The notes under the pieces were generated by a model that worked only from the letters and a program-made list of their open reading frames with translations, did no database searches and had not been told where the DNA came from. A program made the position numbers and the translations under genes. DNA of 64,000 nt from Auanema rhodensis (taxonomy: Eukaryota > Animalia > Nematoda): positions 1,984,001 to 2,048,000 of the forward strand of contig OZ059898.1 in the NCBI GenBank assembly GCA_964057225.1, written 5' to 3'. Every line of letters begins with the position of its first letter. Position 1 is the first letter of the stretch. Below, piece by piece: positions 52,101-64,000 of this stretch.

Positions 52101-55100
52101 ACTAATGCATCATTTTTCGAACGATCATAACTAATTTTTGTATTAAGCGTTTCTCAATGTAGTATAGTGCATTCGATGCGGATTTTTAAGCTGCGTCGAT
52201 CTGTGTTATCAGATTTGCGCTAGCTTAAAAATGCACCGAGATATCAACTGATATAAGTTCACACTTATATCCTCGATTTTCACCCTGAAGAATTAATTTT
52301 TTCGTTGAATAACATTGTCCATCGTCTTTGCCTTGAAAAAAGGAATCTAAAAACATCTACTTTTTGCTAAATTATTTTGAAATTTTTCGAAAAAATTTTT
52401 GTCAAAATGTTTTTGGAAGCAATGTTGAGTGTACATGGAAACTCAACATACACTAATGCATCATTTTTCAAACGATCATAACTAATTTTTGTATTAAGCG
52501 TTTCTCAATGTAGTAGAGTGCATTCGATGCGGATTTTTAAGCTGCGTCGATCTGTGTTATCAGATTTGCGCTAGCTTAAAAATGCACCGAGATATCAACT
52601 GATATAAGTTCACACTTATATCCTCGATTTTCACCCTGAAGAATTAATTTTTTCGTTGAATAACATTGTCCATCGTCTTTGCCTTGAAAAAAGGAATCTA
52701 AAAACATCTACTTTTTGCTAAATTATTTTGAAATTTTTTGAAAAAATTTTTGTCAAAATGTTTTTGGAAGCAATGTTGAGTGTACATGGAAACTCAACAT
52801 ACACTAATGCATCATTTTTCAAACGATCATAACTAATTTTTGTATTAAGCGTTTCTCAATGTAGCATAGTGCATTCGATGCGGATTTTTAAGCTGCGTCG
52901 ATCTGTGTTATCAGATTTGCGCTAGCTTAAAAATGCACCGAGATATCAACTGATATAAGTTCACACTTATATCCTCGATTTTCACCCTGAAGAATTAATT
53001 TTTTCGTTGAATAACATTGTCCATCGTCTTTGCCTTAAAAATAGGAATCTAAAAACATCTACTTTTTGCTAAATTATTTTGAAATTTTTCGAAAAAATTT
53101 TTGTCAAAATGTTTTTGGAAGCAATGTTGAGTGTACATGGAAACTCAACATACACTAATGCATCATTTTTCAAACGATCATAACTAATTTTTGTATTAAA
53201 CGTTTCTCAATGTCGTATAGTGCATTCGATGCGGATTTTTAAGCTGCGTCGATCTGTGTTATCAGATTTGCGCTAGCTTAAAAATGCACCGAGATATCAA
53301 CTGATATAAGTTCACACTTATATCCTCGATTTTCACCCTGAAGAATTAATTTTTTCGTTGAATAACATTGTCCATCGTCTTTGCCTTGATAAAAGGAAAC
53401 TAAAAACATCTACTTTTTGCCAAATTATTTTGAAATTTTTCGAAAACATTTTTGTCAAAATGTTTTTGGAAGCAATGTTGAGTGTACATGGAAACTCAAC
53501 ATACACTAATGCATCATTTTTCGAACGATCATAACTAATTTTTGTATTAAGCGTTTCTCAATGTAGTATAGTGCATTCGATGCGGATTTTTAAGCTGCGT
53601 CGATCTGTGTTATCAGATTTGCGCTAGCTTAAAAATGCACCGAGAAATCAACTGATATAAGTTCACACTTATATCCTCGATTTTCACCCTGAAGAATTAA
53701 TTTTTTCGTTGAATAACATTGTCCATCGTCTTTGCCTTGAAAAAAGGAATCTAAAAACATCTACTTTTTGCTAAATTATTTTGAAATTTTTCGAAAAAAT
53801 TTTTGTCAAAATGTTTTTGGAAGCAATGTTGAGTGTACATGGAAACTCAACATACACTAATGCATCATTTTTCAAACAATCATAACTAATTTTTGTATTG
53901 AGCGTTTCTCAATGTAGTATAGTGCATTCGATGCGGATTTTTAAGCTGCGTCGATCTGTGTTATCAGATTTGCGCTAGCTTAAAAATGCACCGAGATATC
54001 AACTGATATAAGTTCACACTTATATCCTCGATTTTCACCCTGAAGAATTAATTTTTTCGTTGAATAACATTGTCCATCGTCTTTGACTTGAAAAAAGGAA
54101 ACTAAAAACATCTACTTTTTGCCAAATTATTTTGAAATTTTTCGAAAAAATTTTTGTCAAAATGTTTTTGGAAGCAATGTTGAGTGTACATGGAAACTCA
54201 ACATACACTAATGCATCATTTTTCGAACGATCATAACTAATTTTTGTATTAAGCGTTTCTCAATGTAGTATAGTGCATTCGATGCGGATTTTTAAGCTGC
54301 GTCGATCTGTGTTATCAGATTTGCGCTAGCTTAAAAATGCACCGAGATATCAACTGATATAAGTTCACACTTATATCCTCGATTTTCACCGTGAAGAATT
54401 AATTTTTTCGTTGAATAACATTGTCTATCGTCTTTGCCTTGAAAAAAGGAATCTAAAAACATCTACTTTTTGCTAAATTATTTTGAAATTTTTCGAAAAA
54501 ATTTTTGTCAAAATGTTTTTGGAAGCAATGTTGAGTATACATGGAAACTCAACATACACTAATGCATCATTTTTCAAACAATCATAACTAATTTTTGTAT
54601 TGAGCGTTTCTCAATGTAGTATAGTGCATTCGATGCGGATTTTTAAGCTGCGTCGATCTGTGTTATTAGATTTGCGCTAGCTTAAAAATGCACCGAGATA
54701 TCAACTGATATAAGTTCACACTTATATCCTCGATTTTCACCCTGAAGAATTAATTTTTTCGTTGAATAACATTGTCCATCGTCTTTGCCTTGAAAAAAGG
54801 AATCTAAAAACATCTACTTTTTGCTAAATTATTTTGAAATTTTTTGAAAAAATTTTTGTCAAAATGTTTTTGGAAGCAATGTTGAGTGTACATGGAAACT
54901 CAACATACACTAATGCATCATTTTTCAAACGATCATAACTAATTTTTGTATTAAGCGTTTCTCAATGTAGCATAGTGCATTCGATGCGGATTTTTAAGCT
55001 GCGTCGATCTGTGTTATCAGATTTGCGCTAGCTTAAAAATGCACCGAGATATCAACTGATATAAGTTCACACATATATCCTCGATTTTCACCCTGAAGAA

Positions 55101-58100
55101 TTAATTTTTTCGTTGAATAACATTGTCCATCGTCTTTGCCTTGAAAATAGGAATCTAAAAACATCTACTTTTTGCTAAATTATTTTGAAATTTTTCGAAA
55201 AAATTTTTGTCAAAATGTTTTTGGAAGCAATGTTGAGTGTACATGGAAACTCAACATACACTAATGCATCATTTTTCAAACGATCATAACTAATTTTTGT
55301 ATTAAACGTTTCTCAATGTCGTATAGTGCATTCGATGCGGATTTTTAAGCTGCGTCGATCTGTGTTATCAGATTTGCGCTAGCTTAAAAATGCACCGAGA
55401 TATCAACTGATATAAGTTCACACTTATATCCTCGATTTTCACCCTGAAGAATTAATTTTTTCGTTGAATAACATTGTCCATCGTCTTTGACTTGAAAAAA
55501 GGAAACTAAAAACATCTACTTTTTGCCAAATTATTTTGAAATTTTTCGAAAACATTTTTGTCAAAATGTTTTTGGAAGCAATGTTGAGTGTACATGGAAA
55601 CTCAACATACACTAATGCATCATTTTTCGAACGATCATAACTAATTTTTGTATTAAGCGTTTCTCAATGTAGTATAGTGCATTCGATGCGGATTTTTAAG
55701 CTGCGTCGATCTGTGTTATCAGATTTGCGCTAGCTTAAAAATGCACCGAGATATCAACTGATATAAGTTCACACTTATATCCTCGATTTTCACCCTGAAG
55801 AATTAATTTTTTCGTTGAATAACATTGTCCATCGTCTTTGCCTTGAAAAAAGGAATCTAAAAACATCTACTTTTTGCTAAATTATTTTGAAATTTTTCGA
55901 AAAAATTTTTGTCAAAATGTTTTTGGAAGCAATGTTGAGTGTACATGGAAACTCAACATACACTAATGCATCATTTTTCAAACGATCATAACTAATTTTT
56001 GTATTAAGCGTTTCTCAGTGTAGTAGAGCGCATTCGATGCGGATTTTTAAGCTGCGTCGATCTGTGTTATCAGATTTGCGCTAGCTTAAAAATGCACCGA
56101 GATATCAACTGATATAAGTTCACACTTATATCCTCGATTTTCACCCTGAAGAATTAATTTTTTCGTTGAATAACATTGTCCATCGTCTTTGCCTTGAAAA
56201 AAGGAATCTAAAAACATCTACTTTTTGCTAAATTATTTTGAAATTTTTCGAAAAAATTTTTGTCAAAATGTTTTTGGAAGCAATGTTGAGTGTACATGGA
56301 AACTCAACATACACTAATGCATCATTTTTCAAACGATCATAACTAATTTTTGTATTAAGCGTTTCTCAATGTAGTAGAGTGCATTCGATGCGGATTTTTA
56401 AGCTGCGTCGATCTGTGTTATCAGATTTGCGCTAGCTTAAAAATGCACCGAGATATCAACTGATATAAGTTCACACTTATATCCTCGATTTTCACCCTGA
56501 AGAATTAATTTTTTCGTTGAATAACATTGTCCATCGTCTTTGCCTTGAAAAAAGGAATCTAAAAACATCTACTTTTTGCTAAATTATTTTGAAATTTTTC
56601 GAAAAAATTTTTGTCAAAATGTTTTTGGAAGCAATGTTGAGTATACATGGAAACTCAACATACACTAATGCATCATTTTTCAAACGATCATAACTAATTT
56701 TTGTATTGAGCGTTTCTCAATGTAGTATAGTGCATTCGATGCGGATTTTTAAGCTGCGTCGATCTGTGTTATTAGATTTGCGCTAGCTTAAAAATGCACC
56801 GAGATATCAACTGATATAAGTTCACACTTATATCCTCGATTTTCACCCTGAAGAAATAATTTTTTCGTTGAATAACATTGTCCATCGTCTTTGCCTTGAA
56901 AAAAGGAATCTAAAAACATCTACTTTTTGCTAAATTATTTTGAAATTTTTTGAAAAAATTTTTGTCAAAATGTTTTTGGAAGCAATGTTGAGTGTACATG
57001 GAAACTCAACATACACTAATGCATCATTTTTCAAACGATCATAACTAATTTTTGTATTAAACGTTTCTCAATGTCGTATAGTGCATTCGATGCGGATTTT
57101 TAAGCTGCGTCGATCTGTGTTATCAGATTTGCGCTAGCTTAAAAATGCACCGAGATATCAACTGATATAAGTTCACACTTATATCCTCGATTTTCACCCT
57201 GAAGAATTAATTTTTTCGTTGAATAACATTGTCCATCGTCTTTGACTTGAAAAAAGGAAACTAAAAACATCTACTTTTTGCCAAATTATTTTGAAATTTT
57301 TCGAAAAAATTTTTGTCAAAATGTTTTTGGAAGCAATGTTGAGTGTACATGGAAACTCAACATACACTAATGCATCATTTTTCGAACGATCATAACTAAT
57401 TTTTGTATTAAGCGTTTCTCAATGTAGTATAGTGCATTCGATGCGGATTTTTAAGCTGCGTCGATCTGTGTTATCAGATTTGCGCTAGCTTAAAAATGCA
57501 CCGAGATATCAACTGATATAAGTTCACACTTATATCCTCGATTTTCACCCTGAAGAATTAATTTTTTCGTTGAATAACATTGTCCATCGTCTTTGCCTTG
57601 AAAAAAGGAATCTAAAAACATCTACTTTTTGCTAAATTATTTTGAAATTTTTCGAAAAAATTTTTGTCAAAATGTTTTTGGAAGCAATGTTGAGTGTACA
57701 TGGAAACTCAACATACACTAATGCATCATTTTTCAAACGATCATAACTAATTTTTGTATTAAGCGTTTCTCAATGTAGTAGAGTGCATTCGATGCGGATT
57801 TTTAAGCTGCGTCGATCTGTGTTATCAGATTTGCGCTAGCTTAAAAATGCACCGAGATATCAACTGATATAAGTTCACACTTATATCCTCGATTTTCACC
57901 CTGAAGAATTAATTTTTTCGTTGAATAACATTGTCCATCGTCTTTGCCTTGAAAAAAGGAATCTAAAAACATCTACTTTTTGCTAAATTATTTTGAAATT
58001 TTTTGAAAAAATTTTTGTCAAAATGTTTTTGGAAGCAATGTTGAGTGTACATGGAAACTCAACATACACTAATGCATCATTTTTCAAACGATCATAACTA

Positions 58101-61100
58101 ATTTTTGTATTAAGCGTTTCTCAATGTAGCATAGTGCATTCGATGCGGATTTTTAAGCTGCGTCGATCTGTGTTATCAGATTTGCGCTAGCTTAAAAATG
58201 CACCGAGATATCAACTGATATAAGTTCACACTTATATCCTCGATTTTCACCCTGAAGAATTAATTTTTTCGTTGAATAACATTGTCCATCGTCTTTGCCT
58301 TAAAAATAGGAATCTAAAAACATCTACTTTTTGCTAAATTATTTTGAAATTTTTCGAAAAAATTTTTGTCAAAATGTTTTTGGAAGCAATGTTGAGTGTA
58401 CATGGAAACTCAACATACACTAATGCATCATTTTTCAAACGATCATAACTAATTTTTGTATTAAACGTTTCTCAATGTCGTATAGTGCATTCGATGCGGA
58501 TTTTTAAGCTGCGTCGATCTGTGTTATCAGATTTGCGCTAGCTTAAAAATGCACCGAGATATCAACTGATATAAGTTCACACTTATATCCTCGATTTTCA
58601 CCCTGAAGAATTAATTTTTTCGTTGAATAACATTGTCCATCGTCTTTGCCTTGATAAAAGGAAACTAAAAACATCTACTTTTTGCCAAATTATTTTGAAA
58701 TTTTTCGAAAACATTTTTGTCAAAATGTTTTTGGAAGCAATGTTGAGTGTACATGGAAACTCAACATACACTAATGCATCATTTTTCGAACGATCATAAC
58801 TAATTTTTGTATTAAGCGTTTCTCAATGTAGTATAGTGCATTCGATGCGGATTTTTAAGCTGCGTCGATCTGTGTTATCAGATTTGCGCTAGCTTAAAAA
58901 TGCACCGAGAAATCAACTGATATAAGTTCACACTTATATCCTCGATTTTCACCCTGAAGAATTAATTTTTTCGTTGAATAACATTGTCCATCGTCTTTGC
59001 CTTGAAAAAAGGAATCTAAAAACATCTACTTTTTGCTAAATTATTTTGAAATTTTTCGAAAAAATTTTTGTCAAAATGTTTTTGGAAGCAATGTTGAGTG
59101 TACATGGAAACTCAACATACACTAATGCATCATTTTTCAAACAATCATAACTAATTTTTGTATTGAGCGTTTCTCAATGTAGTATAGTGCATTCGATGCG
59201 GATTTTTAAGCTGCGTCGATCTGTGTTATCAGATTTGCGCTAGCTTAAAAATGCACCGAGATATCAACTGATATAAGTTCACACTTATATCCTCGATTTT
59301 CACCCTGAAGAATTAATTTTTTCGTTGAATAACATTGTCCATCGTCTTTGACTTGAAAAAAGGAAACTAAAAACATCTACTTTTTGCCAAATTATTTTGA
59401 AATTTTTCGAAAAAATTTTTGTCAAAATGTTTTTGGAAGCAATGTTGAGTGTACATGGAAACTCAACATACACTAATGCATCATTTTTCGAACGATCATA
59501 ACTAATTTTTGTATTAAGCGTTTCTCAATGTAGTATAGTGCATTCGATGCGGATTTTTAAGCTGCGTCGATCTGTGTTATCAGATTTGCGCTAGCTTAAA
59601 AATGCACCGAGATATCAACTGATATAAGTTCACACTTATATCCTCGATTTTCACCGTGAAGAATTAATTTTTTCGTTGAATAACATTGTCTATCGTCTTT
59701 GCCTTGAAAAAAGGAATCTAAAAACATCTACTTTTTGCTAAATTATTTTGAAATTTTTCGAAAAAATTTTTGTCAAAATGTTTTTGGAAGCAATGTTGAG
59801 TATACATGGAAACTCAACATACACTAATGCATCATTTTTCAAACAATCATAACTAATTTTTGTATTGAGCGTTTCTCAATGTAGTATAGTGCATTCGATG
59901 CGGATTTTTAAGCTGCGTCGATCTGTGTTATTAGATTTGCGCTAGCTTAAAAATGCACCGAGATATCAACTGATATAAGTTCACACTTATATCCTCGATT
60001 TTCACCCTGAAGAATTAATTTTTTCGTTGAATAACATTGTCCATCGTCTTTGCCTTGAAAAAAGGAATCTAAAAACATCTACTTTTTGCTAAATTATTTT
60101 GAAATTTTTTGAAAAAATTTTTGTCAAAATGTTTTTGGAAGCAATGTTGAGTGTACATGGAAACTCAACATACACTAATGCATCATTTTTCAAACGATCA
60201 TAACTAATTTTTGTATTAAGCGTTTCTCAATGTAGCATAGTGCATTCGATGCGGATTTTTAAGCTGCGTCGATCTGTGTTATCAGATTTGCGCTAGCTTA
60301 AAAATGCACCGAGATATCAACTGATATAAGTTCACACATATATCCTCGATTTTCACCCTGAAGAATTAATTTTTTCGTTGAATAACATTGTCCATCGTCT
60401 TTGCCTTGAAAATAGGAATCTAAAAACATCTACTTTTTGCTAAATTATTTTGAAATTTTTCGAAAAAATTTTTGTCAAAATGTTTTTGGAAGCAATGTTG
60501 AGTGTACATGGAAACTCAACATACACTAATGCATCATTTTTCAAACGATCATAACTAATTTTTGTATTAAACGTTTCTCAATGTCGTATAGTGCATTCGA
60601 TGCGGATTTTTAAGCTGCGTCGATCTGTGTTATCAGATTTGCGCTAGCTTAAAAATGCACCGAGATATCAACTGATATAAGTTCACACTTATATCCTCGA
60701 TTTTCACCCTGAAGAATTAATTTTTTCGTTGAATAACATTGTCCATCGTCTTTGACTTGAAAAAAGGAAACTAAAAACATCTACTTTTTGCCAAATTATT
60801 TTGAAATTTTTCGAAAAAATTTTTGTCAAAATGTTTTTGGAAGCAATGTTGAGTGTACATGGAAACTCAACATACACTAATGCATCATTTTTCGAACGAT
60901 CATAACTAATTTTTGTATTAAGCGTTTCTCAATGTAGTATAGTGCATTCGATGCGGATTTTTAAGCTGCGTCGATCTGTGTTATCAGATTTGCGCTAGCT
61001 TAAAAATGCACCGAGATATCAACTGATATAAGTTCACACTTATATCCTCGATTTTCACCCTGAAGAATTAATTTTTTCGTTGAATAACATTGTCCATCGT

Positions 61101-64000
61101 CTTTGCCTTGAAAAAAGGAAACTAAAAACATCTACTTTTTGCCAAATTATTTTGAAATTTTTCGAAAAAATTTTTGTCAAAATGTTTTTGGAAGCAATGT
61201 TGAGTGTACATGGAAACTCAACATACACTAATGCATCATTTTTCGAACGATCATAACTAATTTTTGTATTAAGCGTTTCTCAATGTAGTATAGTGCATTC
61301 GATGCGGATTTTTAAGCTGCGTCGATCTGTGTTATCAGATTTGCGCTAGCTTGAAAATGCACCGAGATATCAACTGATATAAGTTCACACTTATATCCTC
61401 GATTTTCACCCTGAAGAATTAATTTTTTCGTTGAATAACATTGTCCATCGTCTTTGCCTTGAAAAAAGGAATCTAAAAACATCTACTTTTTGCTAAATTA
61501 TTTTGAAATTTTTCGAAAAAATTTTTGTCAAAATGTTTTTGGAAGCAATGTTGAGTGTACATGGAAACTCAACATACACTAATGCATCATTTTTCAAACG
61601 ATCATAACTAATTTTTGTATTAAGCGTTTCTCAATGTAGTAGAGTGCATTCGATGCGGATTTTTAAGCTGCGTCGATCTGTGTTATCAGATTTGCGCTAG
61701 CTTAAAAATGCACCGAGATATCAACTGATATAAGTTCACACTTATATCCTCGATTTTCACCCTGAAGAATTAATTTTTTCGTTGAATAACATTGTCCATC
61801 GTCTTTGCCTTGAAAAAAGGAATCTAAAAACATCTACTTTTTGCTAAATTATTTTGAAATTTTTCGAAAAAATTTTTGTCAAAATGTTTTTGGAAGCAAT
61901 GTTGAGTGTACATGGAAACTCAACATACACTAATGCATCATTTTTCAAACAATCATAACTAATTTTTGTATTGAGCGTTTCTCAATGTAGTATAGTGCAT
62001 TCGATGCGGATTTTGAAGCTGCGTCGATCTGTGTTATCAGATTTGCGCTAGCTTAAAAATGCACCGAGATATCAACTGATATAAGTTCACACTTATATCC
62101 TCGATTTTCACCCTGAAGAATTAATTTTTTCGTTGAATAACATTGTCCATCGTCTTTGACTTGAAAAAAGGAAACTAAAAACATCTACTTTTTGCCAAAT
62201 TATTTTGAAATTTTTCGAAAAAATTTTTGTCAAAATGTTTTTGGAAGCAATGTTGAGTGTACATGGAAACTCAACATACACTAATGCATCATTTTTCGAA
62301 CGATCATAACTAATTTTTGTATTAAGCGTTTCTCAATGTAGTATAGTGCATTCGATGCGGATTTTTAAGCTGCGTCGATCTGTGTTATCAGATTTGCGCT
62401 AGCTTAAAAATGCACCGAGATATCAACTGATATAAGTTCACACTTATATCCTCGATTTTCACCCTGAAGAATTAATTTTTTCGTTGAATAACATTGTCCA
62501 TCGTCTTTGCCTTGAAAAAAGGAATCTAAAAACATCTACTTTTTGCTAAATTATTTTGAAATTTTTTGAAAAAATTTTTGTCAAAATGTTTTTGGAAGCA
62601 ATGTTGAGTGTACATGGAAACTCAACATACACTAATGCATCATTTTTCAAACGATCATAACTAATTTTTGTATTAAGCGTTTCTCAATGTAGCATAGTGC
62701 ATTCGATGCGGATTTTTAAGCTGCGTCGATCTGTGTTATCAGATTTGCGCTAGCTTAAAAATGCACCGAGATATCAACTGATATAAGTTCACACTTATAT
62801 CCTCGATTTTCACCCTGAAGAATTAATTTTTTCGTTGAATAACATTGTCCATCGTCTTTGCCTTGAAAATAGGAATCTAAAAACATCTACTTTTTGCTAA
62901 ATTATTTTGAAATTTTTCGAAAAAATTTTTGTCAAAATGTTTTTGGAAGCAATGTTGAGTGTACATGGAAACTCAACATACACTAATGCATCATTTTTCA
63001 AACAATCATAACTAATTTTTGTATTGAGCGTTTCTCAATGTAGTATAGTGCATTCGATGCGGATTTTGAAGCTGCGTCGATCTGTGTTATCAGATTTGCG
63101 CTAGCTTAAAAATGCACCGAGATATCAACTGATATAAGTTCACACTTATATCCTCGATTTTCACCCTGAAGAATTAATTTTTTCGTTGAATAACATTGTC
63201 CATCGTCTTTGCCTTGAAAAAAGGAATCTAAAAACATCTACTTTTTGCTAAATTATTTTGAAATTTTTTGAAAAAATTTTTGTCAAAATGTTTTTGGAAG
63301 CAATGTTGAGTGTACATGGAAACTCAACATACACTAATGCATCATTTTTCAAACGATCATAACTAATTTTTGTATTAAGCGTTTCTCAATGTAGCATAGT
63401 GCATTCGATGCGGATTTTTAAGCTGCGTCGATCTGTGTTATCAGATTTGCGCTAGCTTAAAAATGCACCGAGATATCAACTGATATAAGTTCACACTTAT
63501 ATCCTCGATTTTCACCCTGAAGAATTAATTTTTTCGTTGAATAACATTGTCCATCGTCTTTGCCTTGAAAATAGGAATCTAAAAACATCTACTTTTTGCT
63601 AAATTATTTTGAAATTTTTCGAAAAAATTTTTGTCAAAATGTTTTTGGAAGCAATGTTGAGTGTACATGGAAACTCAACATACACTAATGCATCATTTTT
63701 CAAACGATCATAACTAATTTTTGTATTAAACGTTTCTCAATGTCGTATAGTGCATTCGATGCGGATTTTTAAGCTGCGTCGATCTGTGTTATCAGATTTG
63801 CGCTAGCTTAAAAATGCACCGAGATATCAACTGATATAAGTTCACACTTATATCCTCGATTTTCACCCTGAAGAATTAATTTTTTCGTTGAATAACATTG
63901 TCCATCGTCTTTGACTTGAAAAAAGGAAACTAAAAACATCTACTTTTTGCCAAATTATTTTGAAATTTTTCGAAAAAAGTTTTGTCAAAATGTTTTTGGA
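34122..64000. repeat. 351-bp satellite, right block (~85 monomers, runs off the window)
   Basis: The period of 351 continues. One rearranged 373-bp monomer lies at 49208-49580. Confidence 0.99.
49395..49501. other. Complex deletion, templated insertion and tandem duplication scar in one monomer
   Basis: 41 bp (GCACCGAG...ATCCT) are replaced by a 30-bp A/T-rich insert at 49403-49432, followed by a 33-bp tandem duplication (49436-49468 / 49469-49501). Net change is +22 bp. Confidence 0.9.

Noticed and set aside
1-64000. CRISPR array, prophage integrase or retron interpretation; species or named-satellite assignment
   Set aside because: Repeats are head-to-tail with no unique spacers, and the RT+YR+ITR+ICR architecture is eukaryotic DIRS. 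I cannot recognise the satellite family without a database search.

Overview
Eukaryotic heterochromatin- or centromere-like window. About 55 kb is a highly homogeneous, AT-rich 351-bp tandem satellite (about 157 monomers: ~48 + 24 + ~85), organised into variant sub-domains with nested higher-order duplications. Two apparently identical, intact 4,427-bp DIRS1-type tyrosine-recombinase retrotransposons interrupt it (16843-21269 and 29695-34121, minus strand, 12,852 bp apart). Each has inverted terminal repeats, a 3' extension, an internal complementary region (ICR), a single fused Gag-RT-RNaseH-MT ORF and an overlapping YR ORF. Both copies sit at the same nucleotide of the monomer with no target-site duplication. 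Three observations stand out. (1) A predicted in-frame intron (AG|GTTAGT ... polypyrimidine-TTTCCAG|A) would splice Gag directly onto the recombinase. (2) The junctions reconstruct exactly as a conservative recombination of the ICR-defined circle junction into a rare G-variant monomer, and an empty copy of that variant lies at 63979. (3) Flank SNPs indicate the element took part in a 12.9-kb expansion of the array. The organism cannot be identified from the sequence alone. All comparisons were made by eye.
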